This document shows positions 45,901 to 57,520 of a stretch of DNA of 64,000 nucleotides, in pieces. Within the stretch, counting starts at the first letter, position 1, and every line of letters begins with the position of its first letter. The translations under genes were made by a program, and so were the position numbers. Origin of the DNA: Eledone cirrhosa (Eukaryota); contig OZ024744.1 of NCBI GenBank assembly GCA_964016885.1, forward strand, positions 134,106,001-134,170,000, written 5' to 3'. The notes under the pieces are model-generated. The model did not search any database, was not told the DNA's origin, and saw nothing but the letters and a program-made list of their open reading frames with translations.

Positions 45901-48900
45901 TGGTTAAGTTAAGTTGGGGTTAAGTTAAGTTGGGGTTAAGTTAAGTTGGGGTTAAGTTAAGTCGGGGTTAAGTTAAGTTGGGGTTGAGTTAAGTTGGGGT
46001 TAATTTAAGTTGGGGTTAAGTTAAGTTGGGGTTAAGTTAAGTTGGGGTTAAGTTAAGTTGGGGTTAAGTTAAGTTGGGGTTAAGTTAAGTTGAGGTTAAG
46101 TTAAGTTGGGGTTAAATTAAGTTGGGGTTTAGTTAAGTTGGGGTTAAGTTAAGTTGGGGTTAAGTTAAGTTGGGGATAAGTTAAGTTGGGGATAATTTAA
46201 GTTGGGGTTAAGTTAAGTTGGGTTTAAGTTAAGTTGGGGTTAAGTTAAGTTGGGGATAAGTTAAGTTGGGGTTAAGTTAAGTTGGGGTTAAGTTAAGTTG
46301 GGGTTAAGTTAAGTTGGGGCTAAGTTAAGTTGGGGCTGAGTTAAGTTGGGGTTAAGTTAAGTTGGGGTTAAGTTAAGTTGGGGTTAATTTAAGTTGGGGT
46401 TTATTTAAGTTGGGGTTACGTTAAGTTGGTGTTAAGTTAAGTTGGGGTTAATTTAAGTTGGGGTTAATTAAGTTGGGGTTAAGTTAAGTTGGGGTTAATT
46501 TAAGTTGGGGTTGAGTTAAGTTGGGGTTAAGTTAAGTTGGGGTTATATTAAGTTGGGGTTAAGTTAAGTTGGGGTTCAGTTAAGTTGGGTATAAGTTAAG
46601 TTGGGGTTAAGTTAAGTTGGGGTTAAGTTAAGTTGGGGTTAAGTTAAGTTGGTGTTAAGTTAAGTTGGGGCTAAGTTAAGTTGGGGCTGAGTTAAGTTGG
46701 GGCTGAGTTAAGTTGGGGTTAAGTTAAGTTGGGGTCAAGTTAAGTTGGGGTTAAGTTGGGGTTAAGTTAAGTTAGGTTTAAGTTAAGATGGGGTTAAGTT
46801 AAGTTGGGGTTAAGTTAAGTTGGGGTTAAGTTAATTTGTGGTTCAGTTAAGTTGGGGTTAAGTTAAGTTGGGGTTAAGTTAAGTTGGGGTTAAGTTAAGT
46901 CGGGGTTAAGTTAAGTTGGGGTTAAGTTAAGTTGGGGTTAATTTAAGTTGGGGTTAAGTTAAGTTGGGGTCAAGTTAAGTTGGGGTTAAGTTGGGGTTAA
47001 GTTAAGTTAGGTTTAAGTTAAGTTGGGGTTAAGTTAAGTTGGGGTTAAGTTAAGTTGGGGTTAAGTTAAGTTGGGGTTAAGTTAAGTTGGGGTTAAGTTA
47101 ATTTGTGGTTAAGTTAAGTTGGGGTTAAGTTAAGTTGGGGTTAAGTTAAGTTGGGGTTAAGTTAAGTAGGGGTTAAGTTAAGTTGGGGTTAAGTTAAGTT
47201 GGGGTTAATTTAAGTTGGGGTTAAGTTAAGTTGGGGTTAAGTTAAGTTGGGGTTAAATTAAGTTGGGGTTAAGTTAAGTTGGGGTTAAGTCAAGTTGGGG
47301 TTAAGTTAAGTTGGGCATAAGTTAAGTTGGGGATAATTTAAGTTGGGGTTAAGTTAAGTTGGGGTTAATTTAAGTTGGGGCTAAGTTAAGTTGGGGTTAA
47401 TTTAAGTTGGGGCTAAGTTAAGTTGGGACTGAGTTAAGTTGGGGTTAAGTTAAGTTGGCGTTAAGTTAAGTTGGGGTTAAGTTAAGTTGGAGTTTATTTA
47501 AGTTGGGGTTAAGTTAAGTTGGGGTTCAGTTAAGTTGGGGTTAAGTTAAGTTGGGGTTAAGATGGGGTTAAATTAAGTTGGGGTTAAGTTAAGTTGGGGT
47601 TAATTTAAGTTGGGGTTAAGTTAAGTTGGGGTTAAGTTAAGTCGGGGTTAAGTTAAGTCGGGGTTAAGTTAAGTTAGGGTTCAGTTAAGTTGGGGTTAAG
47701 TTAAGTTGGGGTTGAGTTAAGTTGGGGTTGAGTTAAATTGGGGTTGAGTTAAGTTGGGGTTGAGTTAAGTTAGTGTTGAGTTAAGTTGGGGTTAAGTTAA
47801 GTTGGGGTTAAGTTAATTTGTGGTTAAGTTAAGTTGGGGTTAAGTTAAGTTGGGGTTAAGTTAAGTTGGGGTTAAGTTAAGTCGGGGTTAAGTTAAGTTG
47901 GGGTTGAGTTAAGTTGGGGTTAATTTAAGTTGGGGTTAAGTTAAGTTGGGGTTAAGTTAAGTTGGGGTTAAGTTAAGTTGGGGTTAAGTTAAGTTGGGGT
48001 TAAGTTAAGTTGAGGTTAAGTTAAGTTGGGGTTAAATTAAGTTGGGGTTAAGTTAAGTTGGGGTTAAGTTAAGTTGGGGATAAGTTAAGTTGGGGATAAT
48101 TTAAGTTGGGGTTAAGTTAAGTTGGGTTTAAGTTAAGTTGGGGTTAAGTTAAGTTGGGGATAAGTTAAGTTGGGGTTAAGTTAAGTTGGGGTTAAGTTAA
48201 GTTGGGGTTAAGTTAAGTTGGGGCTAAGTTAAGTTGGGGCTGAGTTAAGTTGGGGTTAAGTTAAGTTGGGGTTAAGTTAAGTTGGGGTTAATTTAAGTTG
48301 GGGTTTATTTAAGTTGGGGTTACGTTAAGTTGGTGTTAAGTTAAGTTGGGGTTAATTTAAGTTGGGGTTAATTAAGTTGGGGTTAAGTTAAGTTGGGGTT
48401 AATTTAAGTTGGGGTTGAGTTAAGTTGGGGTTAAGTTAAGTTGGGATTATATTAAGTTGGGGTTAAGTTAAGTTGGGGTTAAGTTAAGTTGGGTATGAGT
48501 TAAGTTGGGGTTAAGTTAAGTTGGGGTTAAGTTAAGTTGGGGTTAAGTTAAGTTGGTGTTAAGTTCAGTTGGGGCTAAGTTAAGTTGGGGCTGAGTTAAG
48601 TTGGGGCTGAGTTAAGTTGGGGTTAAGTTAAGTTGGGGTCAAGTTAAGTTGGGGTTAAGTTGGGGTTAAGTTAAGTTAGGTTTAAGTTAAGATGGGGTTA
48701 AGTTAAGTTGGGGTTAAGTTAAGTTGGGGTTAAGTTAATTTGTGGTTCAGTTAAGTTGGGGTTAAGTTAAGTTGGGGTTAATTTAAGTTGGGGTTAAGTT
48801 AAGTCGGGGTTAAGTTAAGTTGGGGTTAAGTTGGGGTTAAGTTAAGTTAGGTTTAAGTTAAGTTGGGGTTAAGTTAAGTTGGGGTTAAGTTAAGTTGGGG

Positions 48901-51900
48901 TTAAGTTAAGTTGGGGTTAAGTTAATTTGTGGTTAAGTTAAGTTGGGGTTAAGTTAAGTTGGGGTTAAGTTAAGTTGGGGTTAAGTTAAGTCGGGGTTAA
49001 GTTAAGTTGGGGTTAAGTTAAGTTGGGGTTAATTTAAGTTGGGGTTAAGTTAAGTTGGGGTTAAGTTAAGTTGGGGTTAAATTAAGTTGGGGTTAAGTTA
49101 AGTTGGGGTTAAGTCAAGTTGGGGTTAAGTTAAGTTGGGCATAAGTTAAGTTGGGGATAATTTAAGTTGGGGTTAAGTTAAGTTGGGTTTAAGTTAAGTT
49201 GGGGTTAAGTTAAGTTGGGGTTAAGTTAAGTTGGGGTTAAGTTAAGTTGGGGTTAAGTTAAGTTGGGGCTAAGTTAAGTTGGGGCTGAGTTAAGTTGGGG
49301 TTAAGTTAAGTTGGGCTTAATTTAAGTCGGGGTTAAGTTAATTTGTGGTTCAGTTAAGTTGGGGTTAAGTTAAGTTGGGGTTAAGTTAAGTTGGGGTTAA
49401 GTTAAGTCGGGGTTAAGTTAAGTTGGGGTTAAGTTAAGTTGGGGTTAAGTTAATTCGGGGTTAAGTTAAGTTGGGGATAAGTTAAGTTGGGGATAATTTA
49501 AGTTGGGTTTAAGTTAAGTTGGGGTTAAGTTAAGTTGGGGTTAAGTTAAGTTGGGGTTAAGTTAAGTTGGGGTTAATTTAAGTTGGGGCTAAGTTAAGTT
49601 GGGACTGAGTTAAGTTGGGGTTAAGTTAAGTTGGGGTTAAGTTAAGTTAGGGTTAAGTTAAGTTGGAGTTTATTTAAGTTGGGGTTAAGTTAAGTTGGGG
49701 TTCAGTTAAGTTGGGGTTAAGTTAAGTTGGGGTTAAGATGGGGTTAAATTAAGTTGGGGTTAAGTTAAGTCGGGGTTAAGTTAAGTCGGGGTTAAGTTAA
49801 GTTAGGGTTCAGTTAAGTTGGGGTTAAGTTAAGTTGGGGTTGAGTTAAGTTGGGGTTGAGTTAAATTGGGGTTGAGTTAAGTTGGGGTTGAGTTAAGTTG
49901 GTTTTGAGTTAAGTTGGGGTTAAGTTAAGTTGGGGTTAAGTTAAGTTGCAGTTAAGTTAAGTTGAGGTTAAGTTAAGGTGCGGTTAAGTTAAGTTGGGGT
50001 TAAGTTAAGTTGGGGCTAAGTTAAGTTGGGGCTAAGTTAAGTTGGGGCTAAGTTAAGTTGGGGTTAAGTTAAGTCGAGGTTAAGTTAAGTTGGGGTTAAG
50101 TTAAGTTGAGGTTAATTTAATTTGGGGTTAAGTTAAGTTGGGGTTAAGTTAAGTTGGGGTTAAGTTAAGTTGGGGTTAAGTTAAGTTGGGTTTAAGTTAA
50201 GTTGGGGTTAAGTTAAGTTGGGGTCAAGTTAAGTTGGGGTTAAGTTAAGTTGGGGTTGAGTTAAGTTGGGGTTGAGTTAAATTGGCGTTGAGTTAAGTTG
50301 GGGTTGAGGTAAGTTGGTGTTGAGTTAAGTTGGGGTTAAGTTAAGTTGGGGTTAAGTTAAGTTGCAGTTAAGTTAAGTTGAGGTTAAGTTAAGGTGGGGT
50401 TAAGTTAAGTCGGGGTTAAGTTAAGTTGTGGTTGAGTTAAGTTGGGGTTAATTTAAGTTGGGGCTAAGTTAATTTGTGGTTAAGTTAAGTTGGGGTTAAG
50501 TTAAGTTGGGGTTAAGTTAAGTTGGGGTTGAGTTAAGTTGGGGTTGAGTTAATTTGGGGTTAAGTTAAGTTGGGGTTAAGTTAAGTTGGGTTTAAGTTAA
50601 GTTGGGGTTAAATTAAGTTGGGGTTAAATTAAGTTGGGGTTAAGTTAAGTTGGGGGTAAGTTAAGTTGGGGTTAAGTTAAGTTGGGGTTAAGTTAAGTTG
50701 GGGTTAAATTAAGTTGGGGTTACGTTAAGTTGGTGTTAAGTTAAGTTGGGGTTAATTTAAGTTGGGGTTAATTAAGTTGGGGTTAAGTTAAGTTGGGGTT
50801 AAGTTAAGTTGGGGTTAAGTTAAGTTGGGGTTAAGTTAAGTTGGGGTTAAGTTAAGTTGAGGTTAAGTTAAGTTGGGGTTTATTTAAGTTGGGGGTAAGT
50901 TAAGTTGGGGTTAAGTTAAGTTGGGGTTAAGTTAAGTTGGGGTTAAGTTAAGTTGGGGTTAAGTTAAGTTGGGGTTAAGTTAAGTTGGTGTTAAGTTAAG
51001 TTGGGGCTAAGTTAAGTTGGGGCTGAGTTAAGTTGGGGCTGAGTTAAGTTGGGGTTAAGTTAAGTTGGGGTCAAGTTAAGTTGGGGTTAAGTTGGGGTTA
51101 AGTTAAGTTAGGTTTAAGTTAAGTTGGGGTTAAGTTAAGTTGGGGTTAAGTTAAGTTGGGGTTAAGTTAAGTTGGGGTTAAGTTAATTTGTGGTTAAGTT
51201 AAGTTGGGGTTAAGTTAAGTTGGGGTTAAGTTAAGTTGGGGTTAAGTTAAGTCGGGGTTAAGTTAAGTTGGGGTTAAGTTAAGTTGGGGTTAATTTAAGT
51301 TGGGGTTAAGTTAAGTTGGGGTTAAGTTAAGTTGGGGTTAAGTTAAGTTGGGGTTAAGTTAAGTTGGGGTTAAGTTAAGTTGAGGTTAAGTTAAGTTGGG
51401 GTTAAATTAAGTTGGGGTTAAGTTAAGTTGGGGTTAAGTTAAGTTGGGGTTAAGTTAAGTTAGGGATAAGTTAAGTTGGGGATAATTTAAGTTGGGGTTA
51501 AGTTAAGTTGGGTTTAAGTTAAGTTGGGGTTAAGTTAAGTTGGGGCTAAGTTAAGTTGGGGCTGAGTTAAGTTGGGGTTAAGTTAAGTTGGGCTTAATTT
51601 AAGTCGGGGTTAAGTTAAGTTAGGGTTCATTTAAGTTGGGGTTAAGTTAAGTTGGGGTTAAGTTAAGTTGGGGTTAAGTTAAGTCGGGGTTAAGTTAAGT
51701 TGGGGTTAAGTTAAGTTGGGGTTAAGTTAAGTCGGGGTTAAGTTAAGTTGGGGTTAAGTTAAGTTGGGGTTAATTTAAGTTGGGGTTAAGTTAAGTTGGG
51801 GTTAAGTTAAGTTGGGGTTAAGTTAATATGGGGTTAATTTAAGTTGGGGTTAAGTTAAGTTGAGGTTAAGTTAAGTTGGGGTTAAATTAAGTTGGGGTTA

Positions 51901-54900
51901 AGTTAAGTTGGGGTTAAGTCAAGTTGGGGTTAAGTTAAGTTGGGGATAAGTTAAGTTGGGGATAATTTAAGTTGGGTTTAAGTTAAGTTGGGGTTAAGTT
52001 AAGTTGGGGTTAAGTTAAGTTGGGGTTAAGTTAATTTGTGGTTAAGTTAAGTTGGGGTTAAGTTAAGTTGGGGTTAAGTTAAGTTGGGGTTAAGTTAAGT
52101 TGGGGTTAAGTTAAGTTGGGTTTAAGTTAAGTTGGGGTTAAATTAAGTTGGGGTTAAATTAAGTTGGGGTTAAGTTAAGTTGGGGGTAAGTTAAGTTGGG
52201 GTTAAGTTAAGTTGGGGTTAAGTTAAGTTGGGGTTAAATTAAGTTGGGGTTACGTTAAGTTGGTGTTAAGTTAAGTTGGGGTTAATTTAAGTTGGGGTTA
52301 ATTAAGTTGGGGTTAAGTTAAGTTGGGGTTAAGTTAAGTTGGGGTTAAGTTAAGTTGGGGTTAAGTTAAGTTGGGGTTAAGTTAAGTTGAGGTTAAGTTA
52401 AGTTGGGGTTTATTTAAGTTGGGGGTAAGTTAAGTTGGGGTTAAGTTAAGTTGGGGTTAAGTTAAGTTGGGGTTAAGTTAAGTTGGGGTTAAGTTAAGTT
52501 GGGGTTAAGTTAAGTTGGTGTTAAGTTAAGTTGGGGCTAAGTTAAGTTGGGGCTGAGTTAAGTTGGGGCTGAGTTAAGTTGGGGTTAAGTTAAGTTGGGG
52601 TCAAGTTAAGTTGGGGTTAAGTTGGGGTTAAGTTAAGTTAGGTTTAAGTTAAGTTGGGGTTAAGTTAAGTTGGGGTTAAGTTAAGTTGGGGTTAAGTTAA
52701 GTTGGGGTTAAGTTAATTTGTGGTTAAGTTAAGTTGGGGTTAAGTTAAGTTGGGGTTAAGTTAAGTTGGGGTTAAGTTAAGTCGGGGTTAAGTTAAGTTG
52801 GGGTTAAGTTAAGTTGGGGTTAATTTAAGTTGGGGTTAAGTTAAGTTGGGGTTAAGTTAAGTTGGGGTTAAGTTAAGTTGGGGTTAAGTTAAGTTGGGGT
52901 TAAGTTAAGTTGAGGTTAAGTTAAGTTGGGGTTAAATTAAGTTGGGGTTAAGTTAAGTTGGGGTTAAGTTAAGTTGGGGTTAAGTTAAGTTAGGGATAAG
53001 TTAAGTTGGGGATAATTTAAGTTGGGGTTAAGTTAAGTTGGGTTTAAGTTAAGTTGGGGTTAAGTTAAGTTGGGGCTAAGTTAAGTTGGGGCTGAGTTAA
53101 GTTGGGGTTAAGTTAAGTTGGGCTTAATTTAAGTCGGGGTTAAGTTAAGTTAGGGTTCATTTAAGTTGGGGTTAAGTTAAGTTGGGGTTAAGTTAAGTTG
53201 GGGTTAAGTTAAGTCGGGGTTAAGTTAAGTTGGGGTTAAGTTAAGTTGGGGTTAAGTTAAGTCGGGGTTAAGTTAAGTTGGGGTTAAGTTAAGTTGGGGT
53301 TAATTTAAGTTGGGGTTAAGTTAAGTTGGGGTTAAGTTAAGTTGGGGTTAAGTTAATATGGGGTTAATTTAAGTTGGGGTTAAGTTAAGTTGAGGTTAAG
53401 TTAAGTTGGGGTTAAATTAAGTTGGGGTTAAGTTAAGTTGGGGTTAAGTCAAGTTGGGGTTAAGTTAAGTTGGGGATAAGTTAAGTTGGGGATAATTTAA
53501 GTTGGGTTTAAGTTAAGTTGGGGTTAAGTTAAGTTGGGGTTAAGTTAAGTTGGGGTTAATTTAAGTTGGGGCTAAGTTAAGTTGGGACTGAGTTAAGTTG
53601 GGGTTAAGTTAAGTTGGGGTTAAGTTAAGTTGGGGTTAAGTTAAGTTGGAGTTTATTTAAGTTGGGGTTAAGTTAAGTTGGGGTTCAGTTAAGTTGGGGT
53701 TAAGTTAAGTTGGGGTTAAGATGGGGTTAAATTAAGTTGGGGTTAAGTTAAGTTGGGGTTAATTTAAGTTGGGGTTAAGTTAAGTTGGGGTTGAGTTAAA
53801 TTGGGGTTGAGTTAAGTTGGGGTTGAGTTAAGTTGGTGTTGAGTTAAGTTGGGGTTAAGTTAAGTTGGGGTTAAGTTAATTTGTGGTTAAGTTAAGTTGG
53901 GGTTAAGTTAAGTTGGGGTTAAGTTAAGTTGGGGTTAAGTTAAGTCGGGGTTAAGTTAAGTTGGGGTTGAGTTAAGTTGGGGTTAATTTAAGTTGGGGTT
54001 AAGTTAAGTTGGGGTTAAGTTAAGTTGGGGTTAAGTTAAGTTGGGGTTAAGTTAAGTTGGGGTTAAGTTAAGTTGAGGTTAAGTTAAGTTGGGGTTAAAT
54101 TAAGTTGGGGTTTAGTTAAGTTGGGGTTAAGTTAAGTTGGGGTTAAGTTAAGTTGGGGATAAGTTAAGTTGGGGATAATTTAAGTTGGGGTTAAGTTAAG
54201 TTGGGTTTAAGTTAAGTTGGGGTTAAGTTAAGTTGGGGATAAGTTAAGTTGGGGTTAAGTTAAGTTGGGGTTAAGTTAAGTTGGGGTTAAGTTAAGTTGG
54301 GGCTAAGTTAAGTTGGGGCTGAGTTAAGTTGGGGTTAAGTTAAGTTGGGGTTAAGTTAAGTTGGGGTTAATTTAAGTTGGGGTTTATTTAAGTTGGGGTT
54401 ACGTTAAGTTGGTGTTAAGTTAAGTTGGGGTTAATTTAAGTTGGGGTTAATTAAGTTGGGGTTAAGTTAAGTTGGGGTTAATTTAAGTTGGGGTTGAGTT
54501 AAGTTGGGGTTAAGTTAAGTTGGGGTTATATTAAGTTGGGGTTAAGTTAAGTTGGGGTTCAGTTAAGTTGGGTATAAGTTAAGTTGGGGTTAAGTTAAGT
54601 TGGGGTTAAGTTAAGTTGGGGTTAAGTTAAGTTGGTGTTAAGTTAAGTTGGGGCTAAGTTAAGTTGGGGCTGAGTTAAGTTGGGGCTGAGTTAAGTTGGG
54701 GTTAAGTTAAGTTGGGGTCAAGTTAAGTTGGGGTTAAGTTGGGGTTAAGTTAAGTTAGGTTTAAGTTAAGATGGGGTTAAGTTAAGTTGGGGTTAAGTTA
54801 AGTTGGGGTTAAGTTAATTTGTGGTTCAGTTAAGTTGGGGTTAAGTTAAGTTGGGGTTAAGTTAAGTTGGGGTTAAGTTAAGTCGGGGTTAAGTTAAGTT

Positions 54901-57520
54901 GGGGTTAAGTTAAGTTGGGGTTAATTTAAGTTGGGGTTAAGTTAAGTTGGGGTCAAGTTAAGTTGGGGTTAAGTTGGGGTTAAGTTAAGTTAGGTTTAAG
55001 TTAAGTTGGGGTTAAGTTAAGTTGGGGTTAAGTTAAGTTGGGGTTAAGTTAAGTTGGGGTTAAGTTAAGTTGGGGTTAAGTTAATTTGTGGTTAAGTTAA
55101 GTTGGGGTTAAGTTAAGTTGGGGTTAAGTTAAGTTGGGGTTAAGTTAAGTAGGGGTTAAGTTAAGTTGGGGTTAAGTTAAGTTGGGGTTAATTTAAGTTG
55201 GGGTTAAGTTAAGTTGGGGTTAAGTTAAGTTGGGGTTAAATTAAGTTGGGGTTAAGTTAAGTTGGGGTTAAGTCAAGTTGGGGTTAAGTTAAGTTGGGCA
55301 TAAGTTAAGTTGGGGATAATTTAAGTTGGGGTTAAGTTAAGTTGGGGTTAAGTTAAGTTGGGGTTAAGTTAAGTTGGGGTTAATTTAAGTTGGGGCTAAG
55401 TTAAGTTGGGACTGAGTTAAGTTGGGGTTAAGTTAAGTTGGCGTTAAGTTAAGTTGGGGTTAAGTTAAGTTGGAGTTTATTTAAGTTGGGGTTAAGTTAA
55501 GTTGGGGTTCAGTTAAGTTGGGGTTAAGTTAAGTTGGGGTTAAGATGGGGTTAAATTAAGTTGGGGTTAAGTTAAGTTGGGGTTAATTTAAGTTGGGGTT
55601 AAGTTAAGTTGGGGTTAAGTTAAGTCGGGGTTAAGTTAAGTCGGGGTTAAGTTAAGTTAGGGTTCAGTTAAGTTGGGGTTAAGTTAAGTTGGGGTTGAGT
55701 TAAGTTGGGGTTGAGTTAAATTGGGGTTGAGTTAAGTTGGGGTTGAGTTAAGTTGGTGTTGAGTTAAGTTGGGGTTAAGTTAAGTTGGGGTTAAGTTAAT
55801 TTGTGGTTAAGTTAAGTTGGGGTTAAGTTAAGTTGGGGTTAAGTTAAGTTGGGGTTAAGTTAAGTCGGGGTTAAGTTAAGTTGGGGTTGAGTTAAGTTGG
55901 GGTTAATTTAAGTTGGGGTTAAGTTAAGTTGGGGTTAAGTTAAGTTGGGGTTAAGTTAAGTTGGGGTTAAGTTAAGTTGGGGTTAAGTTAAGTTGAGGTT
56001 AAGTTAAGTTGGGGTTAAATTAAGTTGGGGTTAAGTTAAGTTGGGGTTAAGTTAAGTTGGGGTTAAGTTAAGTTGGGGATAAGTTAAGTTGGGGATAATT
56101 TAAGTTGGGGTTAAGTTAAGTTGGGTTTAAGTTAAGTTGGGGTTAAGTTAAGTTGGGGATAAGTTAAGTTGGGGTTAAGTTAAGTTGGGGTTAAGTTAAG
56201 TTGGGGTTAAGTTAAGTTGGGGCTAAGTTAAGTTGGGGCTGAGTTAAGTTGGGGTTAAGTTAAGTTGGGGTTAAGTTAAGTTGGGGTTAATTTAAGTTGG
56301 GGTTTATTTAAGTTGGGGTTACGTTAAGTTGGTGTTAAGTTAAGTTGGGGTTAATTTAAGTTGGGGTTAATTAAGTTGGGGTTAAGTTAAGTTGGGGTTA
56401 ATTTAAGTTGGGGTTGAGTTAAGTTGGGGTTAAGTTAAGTTGGGGTTATATTAAGTTGGGGTTAAGTTAAGTTGGGGTTAAGTTAAGTTGGGTATGAGTT
56501 AAGTTGGGGTTAAGTTAAGTTGGGGTTAAGTTAAGTTGGGGTTAAGTTAAGTTGGTGTTAAGTTCAGTTGGGGCTAAGTTAAGTTGGGGCTGAGTTAAGT
56601 TGGGGCTGAGTTAAGTTGGGGTTAAGTTAAGTTGGGGTCAAGTTAAGTTGGGGTTAAGTTGGGGTTAAGTTAAGTTAGGTTTAAGTTAAGATGGGGTTAA
56701 GTTAAGTTGGGGTTAAGTTAAGTTGGGGTTAAGTTAATTTGTGGTTCAGTTAAGTTGGGGTTAAGTTAAGTTGGGGTTAATTTAAGTTGGGGTTAAGTTA
56801 AGTCGGGGTTAAGTTAAGTTGGGGTTAAGTTAAGTTGGGGTTAATTTAAGTTGGGGTTAAGTTAAGTTGGGGTCAAGTTAAGTTGGGGTTAAGTTGGGGT
56901 TAAGTTAAGTTAGGTTTAAGTTAAGTTGGGGTTAAGTTAAGTTGGGGTTAAGTTAAGTTGGGGTTAAGTTAAGTTGGGGTTAAGTTAATTTGTGGTTAAG
57001 TTAAGTTGGGGTTAAGTTAAGTTGGGGTTAAGTTAAGTTGGGGTTAAGTTAAGTCGGGGTTAAGTTAAGTTGGGGTTAAGTTAAGTTGGGGTTAATTTAA
57101 GTTGGGGTTAAGTTAAGTTGGGGTTAAGTTAAGTTGGGGTTAAATTAAGTTGGGGTTAAGTTAAGTTGGGGTTAAGTCAAGTTGGGGTTAAGTTAAGTTG
57201 GGCATAAGTTAAGTTGGGGATAATTTAAGTTGGGGTTAAGTTAAGTTGGGTTTAAGTTAAGTTGGGGTTAAGTTAAGTTGGGGTTAAGTTAAGTTGGGGT
57301 TAAGTTAAGTTGGGGTTAAGTTAAGTTGGGGCTAAGTTAAGTTGGGGCTGAGTTAAGTTGGGGTTAAGTTAAGTTGGGCTTAATTTAAGTCGGGGTTAAG
57401 TTAATTTGTGGTTCAGTTAAGTTGGGGTTAAGTTAAGTTGGGGTTAAGTTAAGTTGGGGTTAAGTTAAGTCGGGGTTAAGTTAAGTTGGGGTTAAGTTAA
57501 GTTGGGGTTAAGTTAATTCG
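42910..57520 (+). repeat. About 6.5-kb tandem duplication; the second copy is enlarged by an internal ~1530-bp duplication
   Basis: The offset is 6549 for GCAG (43399/49948), GCGG (43431/49980) and the second GCAG (43815/50364). TAGGGTTCAT at 51621 and 53151 marks the internal 1530-bp repeat. The next GCAG cassette is at 58011, 8063 later. Confidence 0.82.
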